Assembly: GCA_964387595.1 (NCBI GenBank)
Contig: CAYLYF010000002.1
Coordinates: forward strand, 7,403-71,402
Length of the DNA stretch: 64,000 nt
Source: an uncultured Thermodesulfobacteriota bacterium
Lineage (GTDB): Bacteria > Desulfobacterota > WTBG01 > CAIYCZ01 > CAIRTM01
Direction of reading: 5' to 3'
A model generated the notes under the pieces. It saw only the letters and a list, made by a program, of their open reading frames with translations. It ran no database searches and had not been told where the DNA came from. Both the position numbers and the translations under genes were made by a program. The stretch's first letter is position 1. The number at the start of each line of letters is the position of its first letter. Below, piece by piece: positions 8,714 through 18,338 of the stretch.

Positions 8714-10078
8714 TTACCAGTATTCAAGTTTAACGGTTAACGCTTTTTCAACTTTTTTTATCGCACTTGAAAGTGCGAAAATAATGACATGATCACCGGG
8801 CTGTATAACGCTGTCTCCACTGGGTATAATCAGTTTATCTTCTCTTAATATCGAGGCTATAATTGCATCTTTGGGAAATTTCACTTTAGAAAGAGGCTTA
8901 TTTACAATGTCTGAAGTCTCCAGAGCAACGGCCTCAATCGCCTCTGCTTTTTTGTCATGGAATGTTGTGGCTGAAAGTACTTTGCCTTTGCGAATAAAAT
9001 GCAGTATTCGGTTGATCGCACAAAGGTTTGGATTTACAACCAGATCAACACCGAGCTTTGAAACAAACTGTGTATATGAGATATTATAGATGAGAGATAT
9101 GACTTTTTTCGCACCTTTCTGTTTTGCAAGCAAAGATAACAGTATATTGTCTTCCTCATCTTCTGTGACAGCTATAAAAATATCAGTGTTTTCAATCTGC
9201 TCTTCATCAAAAAGTTTTTCCATGTCACCGTCATGATGAAGAACCAGTGTCTTATCAAGCTCCTCAACTATTTTAAGTGATTTTGCTTCATCAGCCTCTA
9301 TCAGTTTTGTTGATATGTTCAGTTTCTCAAATTCTTTTGCCAGAGGAACATCAATATTTCCACCGCCGACAATCATTGCTCTTTTTACCGGGTTGTACTC
9401 TTTTCCAAAAAAAGTAAGCAGGGAATTTATGCTGTCATTGGTTGTGATCGCGTAAATGATGTTGTTAAAATAAATTTTATCGTAACCTCGGGGAATGATT
9501 ACCTCGTTGTCACGGTAAATAGAGGCGACCACTAAATCATTTAAACCGCTTTTTTCTCTTAAGTCTTTTAGTTCAATACCATCATAGAAAATCGGGTTTT
9601 CAACTTTTAATCCGATAATTTTAATTCTGCCGTTATTGAAATCAACGACATCAATTGCACCGGGTACCTGCAGGAGTTTCATGATTGAAGCGACAGCTTC
9701 GTAATCCGGGTTAATTAAATAGTCAACATTCAGGCTGCTGTCATTGAATATCTCCGGATTTTCAATGTACTCAAAATTTCTTACTCTGGCCACTTTTGTA
9801 GATGATTTAGTCTGTGATGATGCAACCGCACAGGAAATCAAGTTGACTTCGTCACTGTCGGTAACAGCAATAAGCATGTCTGATTCTTTTATTCCTGCCT
9901 GCTGAAGTATTTTTAAGGAACTGCCGGTTCCTTCGATTGCCTGAACATCAAGTGCGTCTCTGATCTTGTTTGTTTTATCTATATCTTTATCTATAACGAT
10001 TATGTCTTCTTTTTCTAAAGAAAGACTTTGGGCAAGATGATAACCAATGTCACCGGCTCCGATTACGATTATACTCAT
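8714..10078 (-). CDS. trkA: TrkA K+ transport NAD-binding peripheral subunit (tandem RCK domains)
   Basis: The N-terminus has a GxGxxG Rossmann motif (IVIGAGDIGYHLA). A second RCK repeat is present and the length is 454 aa. Confidence 0.9.
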   Translation of the reverse strand: MSIIVIGAGDIGYHLAQSLSLEKEDIIVIDKDIDKTNKIRDALDVQAIEGTGSSLKILQQAGIKESDMLIAVTDSDEVNLISCAVASSQTKSSTKVARVRNFEYIENPEIFNDSSLNVDYLINPDYEAVASIMKLLQVPGAIDVVDFNNGRIKIIGLKVENPIFYDGIELKDLREKSGLNDLVVASIYRDNEVIIPRGYDKIYFNNIIYAITTNDSINSLLTFFGKEYNPVKRAMIVGGGNIDVPLAKEFEKLNISTKLIEADEAKSLKIVEELDKTLVLHHDGDMEKLFDEEQIENTDIFIAVTEDEEDNILLSLLAKQKGAKKVISLIYNISYTQFVSKLGVDLVVNPNLCAINRILHFIRKGKVLSATTFHDKKAEAIEAVALETSDIVNKPLSKVKFPKDAIIASILREDKLIIPSGDSVIQPGDHVIIFALSSAIKKVEKALTVKLEYW

Positions 10079-10144
10079 GATAGTTATCCTGTTGTTTTTT
10101 TAAATTTCAGATATTTGATTCTTTTACAATATTATTTAAAAATA

Positions 10145-10327
10145 TTAAAGACTATTTTTATCATATTTTTCATTTAGAATATCAAGCTCTTTTTCTATAT
10201 CAAGATCAGAATTGTTTTCAGCTTTCATCATAATCTGCATAATCTCAAGCTGAGGTATATGAGAGGTTGTTTTTATCAGAGCTTCGATTCTTTTAATTAT
10301 TGGACTGTCGAAGGTTTTTGGTCTCAT
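10145..10327 (-). CDS. Hypothetical small protein (60 aa)
   Basis: The ORF comes from the track only and no recognisable domain was found. Its position just upstream of trkA is compatible with a leader or small protein. Confidence 0.25.
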   Translation of the reverse strand: MRPKTFDSPIIKRIEALIKTTSHIPQLEIMQIMMKAENNSDLDIEKELDILNEKYDKNSL

Positions 10328-10678
10328 TGTTAACCTGTGTAATCTATAGTTTATAGTGGAATTAAAAGTGATAATTACAGGAAAGGTTTTTTGTGATCTT
10401 AGTCAAACAGTGTGAGTACATTATTTGCTTCGTTTGATATGTGTTCATTTATTCTTGCAAGCAGTTTGTGTTTACTGTCTTTTATATATCATTAGGGTTA
10501 AGATATCTACTCTTTATCTTTGATCTCTAACCTGTTTATTCAAATTATTGTTAACTTCAAACTTTATAAACAGAGGATTATTTATGGAGGGTCAATCCTT
10601 AAGTATTCACGTTTAAAGTAAGCAAGGTTGTTTGCTTTATGGAAAATATAGAAAAAATTATAAAAATTATTTTTATGT

Positions 10679-11070
10679 TTCGTCAATAAAATCTGTGGGT
10701 AACTTTTTAGTATTAACTAGAGAATACAAAATTAAAACAGTGGGTTGTCAATATAAACACCCCGTTTTTTTTTAGCGTTAACTTTTATTAAAGAACCTTA
10801 TTCAAAAGATGAACGTCAAATATAAAACCTTGAACGTCCAACATTGAACATCGAACTTCCAACGTCGAATGAAAACCTAGCACCTAAAATCAACCAATTT
10901 TGTTTGTTTTGTTGTTTTTTTCCATTCACCATTCGATGTTGAACGTTCGATGTTCGATGTTCATTTGTTTTTACGTCCACTGTTCATCTATTTTCAACCC
11001 GTCCGTTTGTGCCGTTAAAAGGATCTGTAGTGTAAATTGTTTTTTTACCCGCAGATTCTGTTGAAGAACC
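10679..11070 (+). mobile_element. MITE-like element family R1, copy A (~392 bp) with ~20-24 bp TIRs (TTCGTCAATAAAATCTGTGGGTAA ... TTACCCGCAGATTCTGTTGAAGAA)
   Basis: A near-identical copy lies at 16411-16807 in the same orientation. The element contains a long internal imperfect palindrome rich in GAACRT/CGATGTTC hexamers flanking a T-rich loop. It is non-coding. Confidence 0.6.
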
Positions 11071-11177
11071 ATTTTACAAGTATCTAATGTGCTGTGCTTT
11101 GTAGGATGCAGGCACATTATAACCTGTAGAGCCGGTAATTACCGGTCTATCGTCTGCTGCTGCTGAAAAGTATTTTG

Positions 11178-12266
11178 TTATTCTTCAGGGATTTGTTTTT
11201 TTAGATGCATATCCTGAAGTACTTTAGAAATAAAGGATGGTTTTTTACCGATAGAATGAAGGTCGTTGTTTATTTCAAGGTCGTTTTCAATATGATAGAT
11301 TACATTAGCTTCAGTAAACTCAATCGCGCATCTTATGGCATTTTTTATTGTATATGGATTTGATCTGCCGTGTGCGAACATGACCGGCTTTCTTACGCCC
11401 AGTAAAGGTGCGCCGCCGACCTCTTCATAATCGAATCTTTTCTTAAATTTTAACAGGGCTTTTTTAGAAAACAGAAGCCCTATTTTTGACTGCAGGGATC
11501 TGGTGAGTTCTTCTTTTAAAACTTTTCCAAGTGCACCTGCAACACCTTCTGCTACTTTTAAAACGATATTACCGGTAAAGCCGTCACAGACAACAACATC
11601 AACATCACCATTAAAAACATCTTTTCCTTCAACAAAGCCGATATAATTAAGACTGCTCTTCTTTAAAAGCTGGTTTGCCTCTTTAATGGTGTCGGTGCCT
11701 TTTGTCTCTTCTTCACCGTTACTCAGGATACCGACAGACGGATTTTCTCTTTTAAGAAAATACTTAGAGTAAACAGATCCCATTATACCGAACTGTACCA
11801 GGTTGAATGGTTTGCAAAGATTCGTTGCTCCGGCATCCGTTACGATTGCATGGTCATTTATTGTGGGCATTAAGGTGGCAATCCCGGGCCGGTCTATTCC
11901 TTTTATCCTCTTAATAATAAAAAGTGCTGCTGATGCTACAGCTCCTGAGTTGCCGGCGCTGAAGAATGCGTCACCTTTACCGTCATTCAGCAGATTCATG
12001 GCAACATTAATTGAAGAGTCTTTCTTCTTTTTCAGTACATCAAGAGGATGATCGTGCATTTCAACAACCTCTGATGCATGAACGATTGATATGGGCAGAT
12101 CGGCAGTGTCAAATTTATCCATCTCGTTTTTGACAGCATCTTCATTTCCAACAAAGATGATCTCAGAATTATATTCGCGGCAGGCTGCAACAGCACCTTC
12201 TACAGCAGAATGCGGTGCAAGGTCGCCTCCCATTGCGTCAACTATGATCTTTGTCGGGTTTCTCAT
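11178..12266 (-). CDS. plsX: Phosphate acyltransferase PlsX
   Basis: The N-terminus has the DAMGGD motif and the ORF is 362 aa with a typical PlsX fold signature. Confidence 0.95.
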   Translation of the reverse strand: MRNPTKIIVDAMGGDLAPHSAVEGAVAACREYNSEIIFVGNEDAVKNEMDKFDTADLPISIVHASEVVEMHDHPLDVLKKKKDSSINVAMNLLNDGKGDAFFSAGNSGAVASAALFIIKRIKGIDRPGIATLMPTINDHAIVTDAGATNLCKPFNLVQFGIMGSVYSKYFLKRENPSVGILSNGEEETKGTDTIKEANQLLKKSSLNYIGFVEGKDVFNGDVDVVVCDGFTGNIVLKVAEGVAGALGKVLKEELTRSLQSKIGLLFSKKALLKFKKRFDYEEVGGAPLLGVRKPVMFAHGRSNPYTIKNAIRCAIEFTEANVIYHIENDLEINNDLHSIGKKPSFISKVLQDMHLKKQIPEE

Positions 12267-12583
12267 AAAATGTCCGTAAATATTTTAAGAATTAACTTGA
12301 GTTCTCTTATTAAAATACAATATCATTTGGCTATTTTCAAGCATACAACTATATATATTTAAAAATTAATGTCAACATATTTAAGAATAAAATATTTTAA
12401 ATGATATGATAAATCAATGAGTTAAAATTAATTATCTGTTTTTGTGGTTTAACTTTTTATCGTGCTATCGGAAGGTGATTTAACAACCGGTATTAGATTT
12501 GAAACGTTACGCAGAAGGATTATGTGATTTTTTTGTTTATCCTTAATGTTTACAGGTAATGAATTATTATACCTGATTGAATT

Positions 12584-13414
12584 TTAATTCTTAAATTTTG
12601 GGTCCAGGGCGTCCTGAAGGCCTTCACCCAGGAGATTGTAACCGAGCACGGTGATTAAAATAGCAAGTCCGGGAAAGAATGACAGCCACCATGCTATTTC
12701 GATATTTGCCTTGCCGTCTGTTAATATATTTCCCCAGCTGGGGGTTGGCGGCTGAACCCCGAGTCCTAAAAAGCTTAAGGAACTTTCGAGTAAAACAGCT
12801 GCTGCAACACCCAGTACAGCAGAAATAAATACCGGCGCAAGTGCATTCGGCAGAATATGAATAAATATTATTCTGAGATCGGAAGCACCCGATGCTCTGG
12901 CGCCAAGGACAAATTCCCGTTCTTTTAATGAGAGGAACTCTGCACGGACAAGACGGGCAACGCCCATCCAGGAGGTGAGACCGATTATCAGCATGATATT
13001 AAATATGTTTGGGCCTACAAACGCGATTACGGCAAGAATCAGAAAAAATCCGGGAATGCAGAGCATGATGTCCACAAAACGCATAATAACCATATCAATA
13101 TATCTGCCGTAATATCCGGCAAGTGCTCCAAGGGTGATCCCAATAATCGTTGATATCCCAACAGAAACAAAACCCACCACAAGAGATATTCTTGCACCCC
13201 ATATCATCCTGCTGAAAACATCCCGCCCCAGATCGTCTGTACCGAAGAAATGTGCAGCGGAGGGGGGGGCTAATATATTTTTAACATCAATATTTTTATA
13301 GTTATGCGGAGATATAACCGGGGCAAAAACCGCAATCATAAATAGCGCTGTGACTATTATAAGTCCTGATAAGGCCAGCCTGTTTTTAATGATTTTTTTA
13401 ATTAGCTTTTTCAT
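12584..13414 (-). CDS. Oligopeptide/dipeptide ABC transporter permease (OppC/DppC-like)
   Basis: The protein has six TM helices, an ABC permease EAA-like loop and the N-terminal extension typical of DppC/OppC. Confidence 0.85.
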   Translation of the reverse strand: MKKLIKKIIKNRLALSGLIIVTALFMIAVFAPVISPHNYKNIDVKNILAPPSAAHFFGTDDLGRDVFSRMIWGARISLVVGFVSVGISTIIGITLGALAGYYGRYIDMVIMRFVDIMLCIPGFFLILAVIAFVGPNIFNIMLIIGLTSWMGVARLVRAEFLSLKEREFVLGARASGASDLRIIFIHILPNALAPVFISAVLGVAAAVLLESSLSFLGLGVQPPTPSWGNILTDGKANIEIAWWLSFFPGLAILITVLGYNLLGEGLQDALDPKFKN

Positions 13415-13440
13415 TTTTAAATCAAAATAACTTTAACATC

Positions 13441-14439
13441 TTATTTAACTCTAATTCTGGGATCAGCAATGGCATAGCACATATCTGCAAGCATGTTTCC
13501 AAACATGGTCAGAAGTGATGTAATAAATAAAAGTCCCATGACTACGGGATAGTCCCGGGTCATGATTGCGTGATAAGAAAGCTGTCCCATTCCGGGGATG
13601 CCGAATATCTGTTCAAAAATGATTGATCCTCCGATAAGGCCGGGAACGGATAGTCCAAGAAGGGTAATGATCGGAAGTAGTGCGTTTCTTAAGGCATGTT
13701 TATAGATCACAGTTTTTTCAGAAAGCCCTTTTGCCCGTGCTGTGGTGATATAGTCGTTTCTAATGGTTTCAAGCATGCTGGATCTCATGTATCTTGACAT
13801 ACCGGCAAGTCCGCCGAATGCTGAGATGAAAAGAGGTAGAATTAAGTGATGTGCTTTATCAAAAAATCTGCCGATAAGGCTAAGTGACTCATAATTTAAT
13901 GATTTAAGACCTGAGATGGGCAGTAAATCTAAATTTACACCAAACAAAAGCATGAGTAAAAGTGCAAGCCAGAATCCTGGAGTCGCAAACCCGATAAATA
14001 CGGTTACGGTTGAAATACGGTCAAAAATTGAGTAGGGGCGGGTTGCTGAATATATACCTATGGGGATTGCAATTGTGAGTATGATAAAAATTGACAGCAG
14101 ATTTATAAGCAGGGTAACTGAAAGCCGTCGGTCAAAAAAAGGTGAATTTGAATCCCAAATTTTTTCAATAACCGGACGCGCGTCTGAAGAAAATGAATTC
14201 CCAAAATCAAATTTTACAATCCTTTTCAGCCACAAAAAGTACTGAGTTAAGATCGGTTTATCGAGACCATAATATTTTTCAAGCTTTTGCCGGGCTTCGG
14301 GTGTGATCTTAGGGTTCAGGTCGGTCATGATATCTGTTGGTTTACCCGGTGCAAGCTGGATAATAAAAAAGGTGATCAGGGTCACACCGATAAGGGTCGG
14401 TATCATTGATAACAGACGTTTTAATATATATAGGAACAT
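13441..14439 (-). CDS. Oligopeptide/dipeptide ABC transporter permease (OppB/DppB-like)
   Basis: Permease motifs are present. The start was chosen at [10 protein letters not shown], the typical OppB N-terminus. The track ORF extends 13 codons further, to 14478. Confidence 0.85.
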   Translation of the reverse strand: MFLYILKRLLSMIPTLIGVTLITFFIIQLAPGKPTDIMTDLNPKITPEARQKLEKYYGLDKPILTQYFLWLKRIVKFDFGNSFSSDARPVIEKIWDSNSPFFDRRLSVTLLINLLSIFIILTIAIPIGIYSATRPYSIFDRISTVTVFIGFATPGFWLALLLMLLFGVNLDLLPISGLKSLNYESLSLIGRFFDKAHHLILPLFISAFGGLAGMSRYMRSSMLETIRNDYITTARAKGLSEKTVIYKHALRNALLPIITLLGLSVPGLIGGSIIFEQIFGIPGMGQLSYHAIMTRDYPVVMGLLFITSLLTMFGNMLADMCYAIADPRIRVK

Positions 14440-14544
14440 AGTTTGTCTTTTTGTTCTCTCACAGATGGCAGAGAACACGGGGGAAAATCGTTAATAGTTA
14501 ATTTTATTCCACACTCCGAAATCAAAATTCCACATTCTTATCAT

Positions 14545-14560
14545 CTCTCACTTTTCACTT
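14545..14560. repeat. Short heptamer array (GTGAAAA GTGAGAG on minus strand) overlapping the oppA-like stop codon
   Basis: Same motif family as at 8678, 16168 and 17338. This array is only ~2 units long. Confidence 0.4.
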
Positions 14561-16156
14561 AATCAATGTGTGCTTCTGCATTGATTTGGGTACATACCAT
14601 TTATGAAGGTTATAGCTTATACCGATCGGTTCCGGTTTGATATTTTTTATTCTCTTATGAACAATGGGGAGTGCATAGGGAACATATAGAAAAATATAGG
14701 GGACTTCCTCGGCAATGATTTCCTGAAATTTAAAGTACGCTTTTTTTCGTTCTTCCAGATCAAAGGTCCGCCGCCCTTTTTCAAGCAGTATGTCAATCTC
14801 TTTGTTTTTATAAGATATGAAATTAAACTCTTTTTCTGCTGTTTTACTGCTGTGCCAGATGTCATACTGGTCAGGATCAAGGCCGATTCCCCAGCCGAGC
14901 AGTACGGCTTCAAAACGCCTGGTATCAATACGTTCGTTTATGAAGGTAGACCATTCGAGTACCAGGATCTTTACCCTGATCCCGATCATCTCAAGCCGCC
15001 ACTGGATGATCGTTGCGGTTCGCAGACGCTGGGCATTTCCCTGGTTTGTAATAATGGTAAATTCAAAAGCTTTACCGTCTTTGTCAAGGATATTGTCACC
15101 GTCTGTGTCTTTCCATCCCGCTTCATTAAGAAGCTGTTTTGCTTTTTTAAAATTGTACGGATATTTTTTAACATCAGGATTATATGCCCAGGTATTGGGA
15201 ACATATGGACCTGTTGCTTCCAGCCCGAGTCCAAAAAGGATGCCGTCTATTATTTCTTTTTTGTCAATTGCATAAGCAATTGCCTGCCTGACCCGTTTAT
15301 CCTGAAAAGGGGGGTGCTTAAAATTAAATCCCAGATAAGTGTATCCCCGTGAAGGATATTTGTATTTTTGAAAATTATTTTTAAAATAATCTGAATGGGT
15401 CTGTCTGCTGTATTGAAGCGGGGTCAAAGACATCATGTCAATTGAGCCTGTCTGAAGCTCTAAAAACTGGGTTGAGATGTCAGGAATAATTTTGTAGACA
15501 TAATTATCCAGATACGGCCGGCCTTCAAAATAATTGGGATTTGATCTAAGGATCAATTTCTCACCGGACAGCCATTTTGTTAATTTAAAAGGGCCCAGTC
15601 CCAGGGGTTTCCGGGTTAACGGGCTTTTGGTAATATCTTTTCCTTCAAGAAGATGTTTGGGGAGCACGACCATATTCCCCCAGGTTGAAAGTGCCGGCGC
15701 AAAAGGTTTCTCATATGTTGCTTTAAAGGTATATTTGTCAATGACTTCCGCCTTTTTCACCTGCATAAAGTCACCGGAATAGGCAGTGGGAGTTTTAGGA
15801 TCGATTATTGTTTTAAAACCAAAATAGACGTCGTCTGCTGTAAACGGGACGCCGTCTTCCCAGACGATATCTTTTCTTAAATGAAAAATAAGGGTCAGGC
15901 CGTCTTTTGAGACTTCCCAGGACTCTGCCAGATCACCGGTCAGCGTCAGGTCTGTATCATATTTTACCAGACCGTTATAAATAAGACCGGAAATATCATG
16001 TGATGCACTGTCAGAGGCCAGCATGGGAATGAGGTTTGACGGTTCCCCGATGGATGCAACAACTAAAGCGTCACCGAATTGGCCAATGCTGTTTTGTGAA
16101 AGGACAGACAAAGGTGTTGTGCTAAGGATTATTATGATCAGTAATATTTTTTTCAT
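14555..16156 (-). CDS. ABC transporter substrate-binding protein, family 5 (OppA/DppA-like)
   Basis: The ORF is 533 aa from MKKILLIII (signal peptide) and has family-5 SBP architecture. The 17 extra codons in the track ORF (to 16207) are encoded by the heptamer repeat array and are probably not translated. Confidence 0.85.
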   Translation of the reverse strand: MKKILLIIIILSTTPLSVLSQNSIGQFGDALVVASIGEPSNLIPMLASDSASHDISGLIYNGLVKYDTDLTLTGDLAESWEVSKDGLTLIFHLRKDIVWEDGVPFTADDVYFGFKTIIDPKTPTAYSGDFMQVKKAEVIDKYTFKATYEKPFAPALSTWGNMVVLPKHLLEGKDITKSPLTRKPLGLGPFKLTKWLSGEKLILRSNPNYFEGRPYLDNYVYKIIPDISTQFLELQTGSIDMMSLTPLQYSRQTHSDYFKNNFQKYKYPSRGYTYLGFNFKHPPFQDKRVRQAIAYAIDKKEIIDGILFGLGLEATGPYVPNTWAYNPDVKKYPYNFKKAKQLLNEAGWKDTDGDNILDKDGKAFEFTIITNQGNAQRLRTATIIQWRLEMIGIRVKILVLEWSTFINERIDTRRFEAVLLGWGIGLDPDQYDIWHSSKTAEKEFNFISYKNKEIDILLEKGRRTFDLEERKKAYFKFQEIIAEEVPYIFLYVPYALPIVHKRIKNIKPEPIGISYNLHKWYVPKSMQKHTLIK

Positions 16157-16167
16157 TAGCAATGGCC

Positions 16168-16202
16168 GTGAAAGGTGAAAGGTGAGAAGTGAAGAGTGAG
16201 AA
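16168..16202. repeat. Tandem heptamer array (GTGAAAG GTGAAAG GTGAGAA GTGAAGA GTGAGAA) on the plus strand, 12 bp upstream of the oppA-like start
   Basis: Five tandem 7-mers are read directly. This is the longest copy of the motif family. Confidence 0.5.
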
Positions 16203-16410
16203 GACAAATATAATTAAATTTCATTTCGTTATTTCTACAGTTTTTTATTCTTTAAATAGTTTCTTAAACCCATAATCAGTGAGCGGACTTCGTTAATATT
16301 TTTGATGATATTTCCTGTCGTACAAAATTTCAAACGTTCAGATATGATTAGTTGAGTTTCCAGTTCAGAAAGTGACCCTAATGATATGTTTAAAAAGTAT
16401 AGAAATTCGC

Positions 16411-16807
16411 TTCGTCAATAAAATCTGAGGATAACTTTTCAGCACTTATTATAGAATACAAAGTTAAAACAGTTGGTTATCAATATAAACACCCTGTTTT
16501 TTTAGCGTTAACTTTTATTAAAGAACCAAATTCAAAAGATGAACGTCCAACATTGAACATCGAACTTCCAACGTCGAATGAAAACCAACCACCTAAAATC
16601 AACAGATTTTTTTTGTTTGTTTTGTTGTTTTTTTTCATTCATCATTCGATGTTGAACGTTCGATGTTCGATGTTCATTTGTTTTGACGTCCAATGCCCGT
16701 CCTGAGCCTAATCGAAGGGTTCATCTATTTTGCAACCAGTCCGCTTGTGTCTTGCAAAAGATCATTAATAAAGATTACTTTTTTACCCACAGATTTTGTT
16801 GAAGACC
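16411..16807 (+). mobile_element. MITE-like element family R1, copy B (~397 bp), flanked by a 9-bp direct repeat TAGAAATTC
   Basis: The copy is ~85-90% identical to copy A and has TIRs GCTTCGTCAATAAAATCTG ... CAGATTTTGTTGAAGACC. A putative target-site duplication TAGAAATTC lies immediately on both sides. Confidence 0.6.
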
Positions 16808-17064
16808 TAGAAATTCTTTATCCGATCTCCTTCCAGCACCTTCGCTAATATTGCTTGTAATAGATATAGCAGACCTTCATATCTGCGAAGTTAACCCATA
16901 TTCTTCTTCTTTTGGGAATGATGCTGTTAATTTATATAGTTTCTACCAGAGATACAGATTGCTTCCAAACATCCATTTCCTTGTGATTCATACATTTATG
17001 TCTAATAGTCTATACTATTAGAATATCAGAATCTTCACTGATTACCCATCCATTGCAATAATGG

Positions 17065-17326
17065 ATTAGAGCATTTTTATAACGTGTAGCCATATGTTTT
17101 AAGTGACGGCTGGTGAAGTTCAATCTAATGTCAAAAGCCAAAGTTCAAATGACAAATGAATGCCAAAAAAGAAAAAGCACAAAAAGGATAAATGAGTTTG
17201 GCATTGGTGTTTTTCAGTTTCATTTGACATTTTTAATTTGAACTTAAAATTTCATGTTTATCCGTTAAAACCGTTCAAACGGCAGTCCAACTATCCGAGG
17301 CTATAGTAAAACAGAAACTGCCCTAG
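17065..17326 (-). mobile_element. MITE-like element family R2, copy 2 (~262 bp), inverted relative to copy 1
   Basis: The reverse complement aligns along its length with 8359-8632, with TIRs CTAGGGCAGTTT ... AAAATGCTCTAATCC. Confidence 0.55.
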
Positions 17327-17337
17327 CTCCTTATCCG

Positions 17338-17362
17338 TCACTCTTCACTTCTCACTTTTCAC
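17338..17362. repeat. Tandem heptamer array (GTGAAAA GTGAGAA GTGAAGA GTGA on minus strand) immediately 3' of the AMMECR1 stop
   Basis: Read directly. Same family as at 8678, 14545 and 16168. Confidence 0.5.
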
Positions 17363-17367
17363 TACTT

Positions 17368-17934
17368 CTAAAATATCTCCGCAGAAAAAATATAAATTTC
17401 CATATCATCATCCTTCCAGGCATCCGATGGAAGACCGGCCTTATTGCAGGTCTGTGATAAAAAGGTTTCTTTGTCCCAGTTGTACTGCAAAGCTACCTGG
17501 GGCAGCAGGAGTCCGGAATAAGGGCCTTTGATCATCATAAGTCCATGTTTACCAACTTCTATCTCGCTTATTTCCTTTATCTGTTTCATAGGCGTTAAGA
17601 CAGACAGTTCAATATCAAGATCAGATAGTTCATCTTTTTCTAAGGAAGGAAATCTCGGGTCCTGAAAGGCTGCTGCAAGGGCCATTTCATTTATTGTTTC
17701 TGCAAGAGGTTTTACCGCATGGACATAGCCTATGCACCCTCTGAGCTTGCCACCTTTATGTAAAGAAACAAAGGCCCCTCTTTTTTCATTAAGCGTATCA
17801 GTTAAAGCTTTGGGTATGGATGGCGACTCATTACGCAGTTTTTTTTCAATAGCTGTTATTGCGATTTTATGGAGCTCATTTTTTTCATCTTCAGTAAGGG
17901 CTTTATCTATTGATGCTGTGGTTTCTTCATTCAT
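17368..17934 (-). CDS. AMMECR1 domain protein
   Basis: Conserved LRGCIGY, DPRFP and GLLLPQV motifs of the AMMECR1 family are present. The ORF is 188 aa. Confidence 0.85.
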   Translation of the reverse strand: MNEETTASIDKALTEDEKNELHKIAITAIEKKLRNESPSIPKALTDTLNEKRGAFVSLHKGGKLRGCIGYVHAVKPLAETINEMALAAAFQDPRFPSLEKDELSDLDIELSVLTPMKQIKEISEIEVGKHGLMMIKGPYSGLLLPQVALQYNWDKETFLSQTCNKAGLPSDAWKDDDMEIYIFSAEIF

Positions 17935-18338
17935 TGTATATTCCTTTGTTTCCTGATAATTATTAAACTTGTGTGTTGCAGTCAGGATATAATTTTTTAA
18001 TTAAATGATTAAATGATTAATTGAATTTTCAGTCAAGGGTTTTTTAGATAAATTATGAAGGATGGCTCAACTTCTGCTTGCAGGTCCTTTGTTTAGATTA
18101 AATTTGACTCAACGGACTTGCTTTAGGTTTTTTGTTCCAAGAGCGTAATGATCGTGCTATAATTTATTTATATATGTAATATTAGCTACTTATGAAGCAT
18201 TAACATATCTCTGAATATCATGCAAAAAAATTGCGGGAGTATTGGTTTTTTTTATTTTTTAAATGAAAGATTAACGCAGACAATTTTCTGACCGAAAAAT
18301 CTAATTATAGTAAATATCTTTCAGGAGGGCGTTTTACG

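Noticed and set aside
10690-10705. R1 terminal repeats (TTACCCACA / TTATCCTCA) are one mismatch from the DnaA box TTATCCACA, so an origin of replication (oriC) was considered
   Set aside because: There are only two dispersed ~395-bp copies, each with a single box at each end. There is no dnaA or dnaN nearby, no AT-rich DUE with clustered boxes, and no strand-bias switch: genes stay on the minus strand on both sides. A MITE with TIRs explains the symmetry better.
16157-16207. Track ORF extends the oppA-like protein by 17 N-terminal codons (MSSHSSLLTFHLSRPLL)
   Set aside because: The extension is encoded entirely by the GTGARRA heptamer array. A canonical signal peptide begins at the internal MKKILLIII, so the upstream part is probably untranslated.
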